Of a stretch of DNA of 64,000 nt, positions 51,587-61,015 are shown piece by piece. This DNA is from an uncultured Gemmatimonadales bacterium. Lineage in GTDB: Bacteria > Gemmatimonadota > Gemmatimonadetes > Gemmatimonadales > Gemmatimonadaceae. The notes under the pieces are model-generated. The model was not told the DNA's origin and made no database searches. It worked only from the letters and a program-made list of their open reading frames with translations. The position numbers were made by a program, and so were the translations under genes. Each line of letters begins with the position of its first letter. Position 1 is the first letter of the stretch. Location of the stretch: positions 96,001 through 160,000 of the forward strand of contig CAWKNZ010000006.1 in assembly GCA_963851265.1 (NCBI GenBank). The letters run 5' to 3'.

Positions 51587-53200
51587 TCAGCGGAGCGGCG
51601 GCGTGCTCGCCGGCGGCCGGCGGTGCCCGGTGGCCTGCTCGTACGCGTACGCGAGGCGGAAGAGGGTCGCCTCGCTCCACGCGCGTCCGAAGAGGGTGAG
51701 CCCCGCCGGCAGATTGCCCCGCGTGTAGCCCATCGGCACCTGCACGGCGGGCCAGCCGGTGGTCGGCGAGAAGATCTGGCTGTTGTCGCCCGCCGGCGTG
51801 TTCAGGTCGCCGATCAGCCGCGGCGGGTTGCTCCACGTCGGGTACACGAGCGCGTCGACCTTGAGTCGGTCCATCGCGGCGAGCACGGCCGCGCGCACGC
51901 CCGTGCGGAGCCGCTCCGTGGCGGCGCAGCCGGGGCTCGCCTCGGGCGCGACCGTCGCGCGCTGGGCGTACGTGAGGCGCGGCTCGATGGACGGGTGAAA
52001 CCGCCGCGAGCGGACGATCTCGTCGAGGGTGTGCACCGGCGTCCGCCCGCCCGTGCTCGCGAGCCACCGCTCGAGGTCGTACTTGAAGCGGTTACACTCG
52101 CCGGTCTCCGTGCGGAGCAGGGAATCGAGCCCCGCGATCGGCACGCTGTCGAGCACCGTCGCGCCGGCGCGCCGCAGGTCGGCCACCGCGCGGTCGAACA
52201 CGGCGAGCACCTCCGGGTCGGCCGACGGCCGCACGTACGCCTGGCGGAGAATCGCGAGCCGCGCCCCGTGGAGCCCGTCCCGCACGAGCGCGTCGGCGTA
52301 GTGCGGCATCGGGTGGGCGCGCGCTGCGTTCGTCGTCGAGTCGGCCGGGTCGTAGCCCGCGACGACCTGGAACACCGCGACCGCGTCGGCCACGGTGCGC
52401 GCCATCGGGCCGGCGATGTCGTAGCCGAGGTTGAGGGGGACGACGCCGGCGCGACTCGTGAGGCCCATCGTCGAGCGGATGCCCACGAGGGCGAGGTGCG
52501 ACGACGGGCCGCGGATCGAGTTCCCCGTGTCGGTGCCGAGTCCCACCTCGCCGAGGTTGGCGGCCACCGCGGCGGCCGTGCCCCCACTCGAGCCCGCGGT
52601 CACGCGGTCGAGGGCGTAGGGGTTCTTCGTGTAGCCGGGCAGAATGGAGCTGACGGTCTCGTACGGCGTGAACGCGAACTCCGCCATGTTCGACTTGGCG
52701 AGGACGATCGCGCCCGCGGCGCGCACGCGTTCCACCATCGTCGCGTCGCGCACGGGCACGTAGCCCGCAAGCGAGAGCGAGCCCGCCGTGGTGGCGAGGC
52801 CGGCCGTCTCGAAATTGTCCTTCACGATCACCGGTACGCAGTGGAGCGGCCCCACCGGCCCGGCCGCGCGGAAGCGCGCGTCGAGCGAGTCGGCCGTGCG
52901 CAGCGCGTCGGGATTCTGCACGATAAGCGCATTGACGGCCGGCCCGTTCTTGTCGTACGCGGCGGTCCGCTGCAGGTAGCGCGCGACGAGGTCGTGGCAG
53001 GTGAGCGTGCCCGCGCGCATCGCGGCGTGCACGTCGGCAATCGTCGTCTCCTCGAGGCGAAAGGGCGACGGGGCGACGGCCTGCGGCGCCTGCGCGGTCG
53101 CGACGCGCGCGCTCACGAGGGCGGGTCCACTCGCGAGCGCGGCGTGGAGGAGGGCGCGCCCCGATCGGGCACGTCGCACGGCAACACGGGATGTCGACAT
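51587..53200 (-). CDS. Amidase signature family protein
   Basis: VKDNF; GSSGGTAAAVAA; GTDTGNSIRGP; GPMARTV. Confidence 0.93.
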   Translation of the reverse strand: MSTSRVAVRRARSGRALLHAALASGPALVSARVATAQAPQAVAPSPFRLEETTIADVHAAMRAGTLTCHDLVARYLQRTAAYDKNGPAVNALIVQNPDALRTADSLDARFRAAGPVGPLHCVPVIVKDNFETAGLATTAGSLSLAGYVPVRDATMVERVRAAGAIVLAKSNMAEFAFTPYETVSSILPGYTKNPYALDRVTAGSSGGTAAAVAANLGEVGLGTDTGNSIRGPSSHLALVGIRSTMGLTSRAGVVPLNLGYDIAGPMARTVADAVAVFQVVAGYDPADSTTNAARAHPMPHYADALVRDGLHGARLAILRQAYVRPSADPEVLAVFDRAVADLRRAGATVLDSVPIAGLDSLLRTETGECNRFKYDLERWLASTGGRTPVHTLDEIVRSRRFHPSIEPRLTYAQRATVAPEASPGCAATERLRTGVRAAVLAAMDRLKVDALVYPTWSNPPRLIGDLNTPAGDNSQIFSPTTGWPAVQVPMGYTRGNLPAGLTLFGRAWSEATLFRLAYAYEQATGHRRPPASTPPLR

Positions 53201-53302
53201 TCGGGCGAGCGTACGCAGTCGGCCCCGCTCGCGCAACGGAGGCGCGGGCGGGGCCGAAGCGAACACGTGAGTGGAACCGCGGCGGGAACCCCGCCCGCGC
53301 GA

Positions 53303-54085
53303 TTACGCCGCGCGCGACCCGCGACGGCGTGCCACGAGGGCGATCCCCGCGAGGCTCGCGCCGAGCATCACGACCGCGGTCGGCTCGGGGGTCGCGGTCA
53401 CCGGGGTCTCGGTGATCAGCTCCTGGTACCCGTGGTAGTCGTCGAGTCCGAGGCCGACGCTATTCACGTCGGTGAGCACCGTGAACCGGCTCCAGTCATA
53501 GGCGGCGAACGCCGCCGTCCCGGCGAACGCGTCGGCCGCGGCCTCCCACGACGCGACCGCCCTGGCCTCGCTCGGCATCGCGTAATCGTATGGCGCGAGT
53601 GTCGGCGCGAACTGTAGCCACATCGCGCCCTGAATCCCGGCGGTGTCGGTGAGCGTGTTGACCGTCGAATACTGGTCGACCAGCCACGCCGCCTTGCGGT
53701 AGCGCGTGAGCGCGTCCGAGACCACGCCGCCCTCGCGGGTGTGCGCGACCGACGTGTCGGCGAGATTGTTCAGGTAGACGTTCCAGCCCGACGGGTTGAA
53801 GGTGACGTCGTGAAGCAGGTCGACGCAGAACGCGTCGATGGCTTGGTTGGTCGAGGGGGCGCCGGGTAGCGAGAGGAAGGTCGCCTTGAGGCGGCCGACG
53901 TCGGGCGGCCCGTACTGCGACGTGAAGGCGAGCATGCCCGCCTCGTCGAACCGGATCGTCGCCGTGCCGGGCGCCGTCTGGGCGTGAGCCGACGGTGCGG
54001 CGGTGAGAACGGCCACGCAGGCGGTCGCGGCGATCGTGGCGAAGCGGCGGACGCGGGAGGCGATGGGGAGAGAGAGCAGGCGCAT
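53303..54085 (-). CDS. PEP-CTERM sorting-domain protein 3
   Basis: Signal peptide (..SAHA|QT); FCVDL motif; C-terminal TPEPTAVVMLGASLAGIALVARRR. Confidence 0.88.
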   Translation of the reverse strand: MRLLSLPIASRVRRFATIAATACVAVLTAAPSAHAQTAPGTATIRFDEAGMLAFTSQYGPPDVGRLKATFLSLPGAPSTNQAIDAFCVDLLHDVTFNPSGWNVYLNNLADTSVAHTREGGVVSDALTRYRKAAWLVDQYSTVNTLTDTAGIQGAMWLQFAPTLAPYDYAMPSEARAVASWEAAADAFAGTAAFAAYDWSRFTVLTDVNSVGLGLDDYHGYQELITETPVTATPEPTAVVMLGASLAGIALVARRRGSRAA

Positions 54086-54459
54086 GACGAGTGGTTGGGC
54101 GGCGCGGACGTGGGAAACGTGTTTCGCCGACGACGTCGGCTCCGCGTCCTTTCCGAGGCAGACCGCATTCCGGCCACGTGCATCGGTCGCCCTCGAGTAT
54201 CGGCCTCCAGGCGCTGGCGCGTCCCGGCGTTGTAGCACGTTGCTGGACAACGCGTTACGTCAACGACGTCCAACCGGCGCCGCCGCGCGTGCCCCGCGGC
54301 GTGCGGCATCCGCGCCCGCGGCGCTGTGGCGGGACTGCTACGACTGCGTGGCGGCGCGGCCTCACTCGAGCGCGGCACGCCGCGGGGCGACGCGCCGCGG
54401 CGGGTCGTGCGGACCCGATGCGGCGGGTCCGCGCGGGGCGGCCGAGTGCCGGCGCCGCC

Positions 54460-55698
54460 TTACGCCGTGACGATCGCGCGCGGGGCGTTGAGCCCGGTCG
54501 GCTGACCGCGCCTGCCCTGCTTCAGGAGCACGCGCGGCGCGGGCGCGAAGAACTCGTTGATCGGGAGCGTGGCGACGCCGAGTGCGGCGGCGTCGGCGCC
54601 CGCCGTCGAGGGAAGGAGCGACGGGCCGGTGACCTTCCCGCCCATGCGCCGCGCGGGCAACTCCGTCGCGACGCGTTCGAAGAGTCCGGCGAGCATACGT
54701 TCGGGCAGCCGGCCGCCGATGACGATCGCCTCCGGGTCGAACAGGTACTCGACCGCGAGGAGGAGATACGTGAGGTGCGCCGCGCCGGTGTCCATCCACG
54801 CGAGCAGCTCGGAATCGCCGGCGTCGAACAACGCCGCGAGATCGGCGGAGGTGCGCGCGTCGGTCCCGCGTGCGCGCAATCGCTCGTACAGGCGGGGGAT
54901 GTTGAAGTGCACGCCCACGTGCTCGTCGGCGTGCGGGCCCGTGCCGACGCCCGAGAGCAGGTACCCCAGTTCGCCGGCGTTCCCGGTGGCGCCCGTGTAG
55001 GGCCGGCCGTCGATGATGAGCCCGCCGCCGAGGCCGCTGCCCACGAATACGTAGAAGAACGTGTCGATGTCGCGCCCCGCGCCGTACCAGCGTTCGCCGA
55101 CCGCGGCGGCGGTGGCATTGTTCTCCAACAGCACGGGCAGGTCGAGCGTTCGGCCGAGCCGCGACGCGAGCGGCACGTCGTGCCAGTCGGGGAACGCGGT
55201 CGGCGTGACGACGTAGCCCGTGCCGCGTGGCGACGGGTGCATGAGGCCCGGCACGCCCACCCCCACGCCGCACACGCGCTCGCGCGCGGCGCCCTGTCGC
55301 GCGATGAGCGACTCGGCCATCGTGGCCATCATCTCGAGGGCCTCGTCGGGCGTGGGCAGGTTGATCTCGATGTGGGCGCGCTGGCGCACCGTGCCTGCGA
55401 GGTCGACGAGGACGCCGGTGAGGTGGTCGCGGTTGAAGTCGAGTCCGATCGAGAACGCGCCGTCCGGATTGATGGTCAGGTCGGTCGACGGCGCGCCGCG
55501 CGCTTCGGAGCGGCGGGGGGTCTCGATCACGAGGCCCAGGTCGATGAGTTCGCGGACGAGGTTGGAGACCGTCTGCCCGGTGAGGGCGGTGTGCCGCGAG
55601 ACGTCGGCGCGTGAGAGCGGGCCACGCAGCCGGACCGTCTCGTGGACGATCCGGAGGTTGAACTGCTTGGTGTGGAGCAGGTTCGAACCGGTGAGCAT
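54460..55698 (-). CDS. ROK family transcriptional regulator
   Basis: wHTH (GPLSRADVS..TALTGQTVSNLVREL); ENNATAAAVGE; GSGLGGG; GNAGELG. Confidence 0.92.
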   Translation of the reverse strand: MLTGSNLLHTKQFNLRIVHETVRLRGPLSRADVSRHTALTGQTVSNLVRELIDLGLVIETPRRSEARGAPSTDLTINPDGAFSIGLDFNRDHLTGVLVDLAGTVRQRAHIEINLPTPDEALEMMATMAESLIARQGAARERVCGVGVGVPGLMHPSPRGTGYVVTPTAFPDWHDVPLASRLGRTLDLPVLLENNATAAAVGERWYGAGRDIDTFFYVFVGSGLGGGLIIDGRPYTGATGNAGELGYLLSGVGTGPHADEHVGVHFNIPRLYERLRARGTDARTSADLAALFDAGDSELLAWMDTGAAHLTYLLLAVEYLFDPEAIVIGGRLPERMLAGLFERVATELPARRMGGKVTGPSLLPSTAGADAAALGVATLPINEFFAPAPRVLLKQGRRGQPTGLNAPRAIVTA

Positions 55699-55790
55699 GG
55701 CGCGGTCGACGAGGGGGCCGCGGGAGCGATTTAGGCGGTCCCGTGCGGAAGTGGCTGCTTCCAACGCGGGGGTATGCTGCACACAAGGGA

Positions 55791-55811
55791 TTACAAAATC
55801 AACTTGACTAA
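55791..55811. promoter_or_regulatory. AT-rich imperfect palindrome, candidate ROK operator
   Basis: TTACAAAATCAACTTGACTAA, one of the most AT-rich stretches in the window, between the divergent ROK gene and the PUL. Confidence 0.5.
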
Positions 55812-55852
55812 TGGAGCGTGTCGTTCCAGCATTGTGACATCCCGAGCACGAT

Positions 55853-55884
55853 TGAACCGGTTCACGCCGTGTGAGACCGGTTCA
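55853..55884. promoter_or_regulatory. Two LacI-type palindromic operator candidates
   Basis: Perfect palindrome TGAACCGGTTCA (55853-55864) and a near copy, TGAGACCGGTTCA (55872-55884). Confidence 0.55.
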
Positions 55885-56069
55885 TCGCGGGCCGCACTGC
55901 CCGTCACACCTCCCGCCTGCCACACCCGCGCGTCGGCGCGCGAGCCGTCCCCTGTCGTCCCCGCCAGCCGTGCTCTTCCCCCCCGCGCGCCGTGCCCCGC
56001 AGCGCGCAGCCGTATCGCGCGTGCCGCTCGCTGCCGGCGCGCCGCCGGTCGCGCGTTCGCGCTGACGCC

Positions 56070-57572
56070 GTGCGACGGCTCGTTCTCGCCCTGGCGTCCG
56101 CCCTGCCGCTCGCGTCGGCCGCGACCGGCGCGCAGCCGCACGCGTCGTTACAACTGTCGCGGATCATCGGCGACGGCATGGTGATGCAGCGCGACGCGCA
56201 CGTGCCGGTGTGGGGCTCGGCGGCGCCGCACGCGCGCGTCGTGGTGGCGTTCGACGGGCGCGACTACGCGGCGACCGCCGACGCGGCCGGCCGCTGGGTG
56301 GCGACGCTGCCCGCCATGCCGGCGGGCGGCCCGCACGCGATGACCGTGGCCGCGGACGGCGAGCGCGTCGAGGTGCGCGACATCCTCGTCGGCGACGTGT
56401 GGGTCTGCTCGGGGCAGTCGAACATGGAGTTCGTGGTGCGCGACGCGGTGAACGGCGCGGCCGAGGCAGCCGCGGCGCACGACCCGCAGCTCCGGCACTT
56501 CAAAGTGCCGACCTCGTACGCGTGGTCGCCGAGCGACTCGCTGGTCGGCGGGGCGTGGGCGCCGGCCGACCCGCAGCACGCCGGGCAGTTCACCGCGGTC
56601 GGGTACTTCTTCGCGCGCGAGTTGCGCAAGTCGGTCGGCGTTCCGATCGGCCTGCTGCACACCTCGTGGGGCGGCAGCCGGATCGAGGCGTGGACGAGCG
56701 CCGAGGGGCTCGGGCTCGACGAGCGCGCCATCGCGCGCCTCGAGGCCGACGAGCGCGCGTACGAGGCGCGCACGCTCGACTCGTTGCGCGGCCGGGGGGG
56801 CGCGGTCACGGCCGGCGTGCCCGACGGGCAGCACATCAACAAGATTCCGACGCTGCTCTACAACCAGATGGTCCACCCCCTGCTGCCGTTCCCGGTCAAG
56901 GGCGTGCTCTGGTACCAGGGCGAGTCGAACGCCGACCGGTACGAGGATGCGGTCGCGTACCGCGCCCTGTTCGCCGGGATGATCCGCGACTGGCGCCGGC
57001 GCTGGGCGCTCGGCGACGTGCCGTTCCTCTGGGCGCAGCTGCCCAACTACATGCCGCCCGATACCGCGCCGGCGCTGCACAGCAACTGGGCGACGCTGCG
57101 CGAGTCGCAGGCGGCCGCGCTCGCCCTGCCCAACACCGGACAGGCCGTGACCGTCGACGTCGGCGAGACCGACAACATCCACCCGCGCGACAAGCAGGAC
57201 GTCGGCGCGCGGCTCGCGCTCGTGGCCCGCCGGCTGGTCTACGGCCAGGCGGTCGAGGCGTCGGGGCCGGTGCTGCGGTCGAGCCGGTTCGACGGCGGGC
57301 AGGTGGTGCTCGGCTTCGATCACGCCGAGGGGCTCACGGTGCGGCCGCGCGACCACGCGCCCGCGGTGCTCGGCGGGTTCGCCGTCGCGGGCGAGGACCG
57401 GAAGTTCGTGTGGGCGGGCGCGCGCGTCGAGGGCGGTCGCGTGGTCGTGTCGAGCGACCGCGTGCCGCACCCGGTCGCCGTCCGCTACGCGTGGGGCGAC
57501 AACCCCGACCGCGCCAACCTCTCCAACGCGGCGGGGCTGCCCGCGGCGCCCTTCCGCACGGACCGGTGGTAG
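56070..57572 (+). CDS. Sialate O-acetylesterase (SASA domain) family carbohydrate esterase
   Basis: GMVMQRD; GDVWVCSGQSNM; WGGS.IEAW; WYQGESN; NIHP.DK; VRYAW. Confidence 0.92.
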   Translation: MRRLVLALASALPLASAATGAQPHASLQLSRIIGDGMVMQRDAHVPVWGSAAPHARVVVAFDGRDYAATADAAGRWVATLPAMPAGGPHAMTVAADGERVEVRDILVGDVWVCSGQSNMEFVVRDAVNGAAEAAAAHDPQLRHFKVPTSYAWSPSDSLVGGAWAPADPQHAGQFTAVGYFFARELRKSVGVPIGLLHTSWGGSRIEAWTSAEGLGLDERAIARLEADERAYEARTLDSLRGRGGAVTAGVPDGQHINKIPTLLYNQMVHPLLPFPVKGVLWYQGESNADRYEDAVAYRALFAGMIRDWRRRWALGDVPFLWAQLPNYMPPDTAPALHSNWATLRESQAAALALPNTGQAVTVDVGETDNIHPRDKQDVGARLALVARRLVYGQAVEASGPVLRSSRFDGGQVVLGFDHAEGLTVRPRDHAPAVLGGFAVAGEDRKFVWAGARVEGGRVVVSSDRVPHPVAVRYAWGDNPDRANLSNAAGLPAAPFRTDRW

Positions 57573-57734
57573 GCCGCCGGGCACCATGTTAGGCACGACC
57601 CGCACGACCCGTAATCTCCCCGCGCGCGTCCTCGCACGCGCGCACGCACGCCCCGAGTTCCTCCCCACCGCCGTGCCGCTCCGCGCCACGACACGAGTGG
57701 TTGCCGCTCACTTCACCTGTTGGAGACGTACGTC

Positions 57735-60700
57735 ATGAAGTTCCGTAGGGAAGCAATCGTCTCGTCGGCGGTGGTCGCCGCGTGCATGGGTGCGACCGGG
57801 CTGCACGCCCAGGCGCCGACCGGCGTCGTGTCGGGGCGCGTCGTCGCGAGTTCGTCGCCGGCGGCCTCGCAGGCCGCGGCGGCCGCGTCGTCGAAGATCG
57901 CGTCGCAGGGTGCCCCTGTCTCGCAGGGCAACGCCAGCCAGTCGCCGCTCGCCGGCGCGCGCGTGTCGGTGGTCGGCACCTCGATCCAGACGATCGTGCG
58001 CGAGGACGGACGCTACGTGCTGCCGCGGGTGCCCGCGGGCCCGCAGCGAATCCGCGTCAACCTCGTCGGCTTCGCGCCGCAGGAGCAGGCCGTGACGGTC
58101 GTCGCCGGGCAGCCGGCGACGGTCAACTTCGGGCTGCAGGCGACCGCCGTCGCGCTCAGCAACGTCGTCGTCATCGGCTACGGCACGCAGCGCCGCGAGG
58201 ACCTCACGGGGTCCATCGCGTCGGTCAACTCGCAGGACATCCAGAAGACCGCGGTCAACACGCTCGAGCAGGGCCTGCAGGGGCGCGTGCCGGGCGTGCA
58301 GGTCACGCAGGGCGACGCGGCCCCGGGCGGCGGGATCCGCGTGCAGATCCGCGGTACGAACTCGATGAACCCGGGCAGCGCGCAGCCGCTCTACGTCATC
58401 GACGGCGTGCCGGTGGGCAGCAGCGGCACGAAGGACGCCGGCAGCACGAGCGACCCGAGCCTCGTCTCGCTCACCCAGACCAACCCGCTCGCCGAGATCG
58501 CGCCCGAGGACATCGAGTCGATCGACATTCTCAAGGACGCGTCGGCGACGGCGATCTACGGCAGCCGCGGCGCCAACGGCGTCGTGATGATCACGACGAA
58601 GCGCGGGCGCCGGAACAGCGGCGGGCAGTACACGCTCAACGTCTCGCAGGGCGTCGCGAGCACCGTGCGCGAGGTCCCGGTGCTCAGCGCGCCGCAGTAC
58701 GCGACGTACGTCAACCAGGCCTTCATCAACGCGTACGGCCCGGCGACGCAGTACCCGTACGGCGGCCGCCCGGGCTCGCTGACCCCGGACAGCATCCAGA
58801 AGGTGATGGGCTCCGGCACCGACTGGCAGAGCCTGATCTACCGCAACGCGCCGCTGAGCGACGCGAACATCGGCGCCTCGGGCGGCGACGACCGCGGCAG
58901 CTACGCGGTCAGCGGCAACCTGCTGCAGCAGCAGGGCGTGATCAACGGCTCGGAGTTCAAGCGCGGCGGCCTGCGCTTCAACCTCGACCGCAACGTCACC
59001 GAGCGGTTCCGCCTCTCGACGAACGTCACGCTCACGCGCTCCGTGAACAACATGGTGCGCACCTCGACGATCAACGGCTACAACGCGATCGGCGTCGTGC
59101 GCGACGCGATCACCTACACGCCGATCTGGCGCACCGACAGCACCAAGACCGACCCGCGCGCGGAGGACCCGACGACGCTGGCGAACTTCGGGTCGAACCC
59201 GCTGCGCTACACCGACGAGGTGAGCGAGAACGACCAGGTCACGCGCGGCCTCGGCGGCGTCCGCGGCACGGTGACGCTCGGCAAGGGCTTCTCGTTCGAC
59301 CAGAACATCGGCGCGAACTACGAGTCGCGGAACTACGGCGTCTACTACCCGAGCACGGTCAACGAGGGGCGCACGTCGGGGGGCGACGCGATCCAGGCGC
59401 CCTCGCTGTACAACAACATCCTGAGCGAGAGCTGGCTGCGCTACGCGGGCGGGCTCGGCGCGAACCAGCGCGTCGACGCGATCGCCGGCTACACGTTCCA
59501 GAACGACCGCAGCACCTGGAACCAGCAGGAGGTCCAGGGCTTCCCGAACGACATCCTCGGCGGGAACGTCCTCCAGAACGGCACCGTGCCGCTGACGCCG
59601 CAGAGCGGGATCTCGACGTCGCAGCTCGCGTCGTGGCTCGCGCGCGTGAACTACCAGCTCCTCGACCGCTACCTGCTCACCGGGACCGTGCGCGCCGACG
59701 GTTCGTCGCGGTTCGCGGCGAACAACAAGTGGGCGACGTTCCCCGCGGTGGCGTTCGCGTGGCGCGCGTCGGAGGAGCCGTTCCTCCGCGGCCAGCGGCT
59801 GTTCAGCGACCTCAAGGTGCGCCTCAGCTACGGCAAGTCGGGCAACCAGGCGATCAACCCGTATCAGTCGCTGCCGGCGATCGGCGGCATCACGGGCGTG
59901 ACGCAGAACGAGACGACGGTGCCGGCGTACGCGATCACGCAGCTCGGCAACCCGAACCTCAAGTGGGAGACCACCAACCAGTTCGACGGCGGCCTCGACC
60001 TCGGCGCGTTCAACAACCGCCTGACCGGCACGTTCGACTACTACCACAAGAACACCTACGACCTGCTGCAGCAGATCACGCTCGCGCAGAACACGGGCTT
60101 CGGGAACACGTGGATCAACTCGGGCAACGTGACCAACCGCGGCATCGAGTTCCTGGTGGGCTACGACGTGCTGCGCAGCGCGCGCAAGGGCGGCCTCACG
60201 TGGAACACGAGCATCAACGCGTCGCACAACGTGAACCGCATCGTGAGCCTCGGGAACGGCATCCAGCAGCAGTTCGCCACCCGGCTCGGCGCGGGCGGTA
60301 ACCTCGAGGCCACGCCGTTCATCCAGAAGGTCGGGCTGCCGATCGGCGCGATGTGGGGCTACACGACGGCCGGCATCGTACAGAACGCCGCCGACTCGGC
60401 CGCGTACGCGAAGGTCCTCGGCGCGGCGGCGCACATCGGCGACCTGAAGTACGCCGACATCAACGGCGACGGGAAGGTCGACGCCAATGACCAGCACGTG
60501 ATCGGCGACGCCAACCCGAAGTGGACGTGGGGGTGGAACAACACGTTCCGGATCGGGAAGTTCGACGCGAGCGCGCTCGTCATCGCGGTGAAGGGCAACA
60601 GCATCATCAACGCCGAGCGCATGCGGTACATCACGATGAACGGCAGCATCAACATCCCGACGTACTACCTGCAGAACGCGTTCGACCCGAAGACCAACCC

Positions 60701-61001
60701 GAACGGCACGTTCCCGATGATCCTCCAGAGCCGGCAGGCGGACACGCGGTTCTCGGACATCTACATCGAGGACGGCTCGTTCGTCCGCCTGAAGAACGTC
60801 CAGCTCGGCTACAACGTCAGCCTGCCGCGCGTGCACAGCGCGCGCGTGTACGTGAACGGCATCAACCTGCTCACGCACACGCGCTACACGGGCTACGACC
60901 CCGAGGTCAGCGCCTTCGGCGACCCGGCCCACCCCGGGGTGGACCTCGGCAGCTACCCGCAGCAGCGCACGTTCACGTTCGGCGTCAACACCTCCTTCTG
61001 A
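57735..61001 (+). CDS. SusC/RagA family TonB-dependent outer-membrane transporter
   Basis: VVVIGYGT; LQGRVPGV; PLYVIDG; DIESIDILKDASATAIYGSRGANGVVMITTK; GNPNLKWE; C-terminal F. Confidence 0.96.
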   Translation: MKFRREAIVSSAVVAACMGATGLHAQAPTGVVSGRVVASSSPAASQAAAAASSKIASQGAPVSQGNASQSPLAGARVSVVGTSIQTIVREDGRYVLPRVPAGPQRIRVNLVGFAPQEQAVTVVAGQPATVNFGLQATAVALSNVVVIGYGTQRREDLTGSIASVNSQDIQKTAVNTLEQGLQGRVPGVQVTQGDAAPGGGIRVQIRGTNSMNPGSAQPLYVIDGVPVGSSGTKDAGSTSDPSLVSLTQTNPLAEIAPEDIESIDILKDASATAIYGSRGANGVVMITTKRGRRNSGGQYTLNVSQGVASTVREVPVLSAPQYATYVNQAFINAYGPATQYPYGGRPGSLTPDSIQKVMGSGTDWQSLIYRNAPLSDANIGASGGDDRGSYAVSGNLLQQQGVINGSEFKRGGLRFNLDRNVTERFRLSTNVTLTRSVNNMVRTSTINGYNAIGVVRDAITYTPIWRTDSTKTDPRAEDPTTLANFGSNPLRYTDEVSENDQVTRGLGGVRGTVTLGKGFSFDQNIGANYESRNYGVYYPSTVNEGRTSGGDAIQAPSLYNNILSESWLRYAGGLGANQRVDAIAGYTFQNDRSTWNQQEVQGFPNDILGGNVLQNGTVPLTPQSGISTSQLASWLARVNYQLLDRYLLTGTVRADGSSRFAANNKWATFPAVAFAWRASEEPFLRGQRLFSDLKVRLSYGKSGNQAINPYQSLPAIGGITGVTQNETTVPAYAITQLGNPNLKWETTNQFDGGLDLGAFNNRLTGTFDYYHKNTYDLLQQITLAQNTGFGNTWINSGNVTNRGIEFLVGYDVLRSARKGGLTWNTSINASHNVNRIVSLGNGIQQQFATRLGAGGNLEATPFIQKVGLPIGAMWGYTTAGIVQNAADSAAYAKVLGAAAHIGDLKYADINGDGKVDANDQHVIGDANPKWTWGWNNTFRIGKFDASALVIAVKGNSIINAERMRYITMNGSINIPTYYLQNAFDPKTNPNGTFPMILQSRQADTRFSDIYIEDGSFVRLKNVQLGYNVSLPRVHSARVYVNGINLLTHTRYTGYDPEVSAFGDPAHPGVDLGSYPQQRTFTFGVNTSF

Positions 61002-61015
61002 GCAGCACCCGACCC

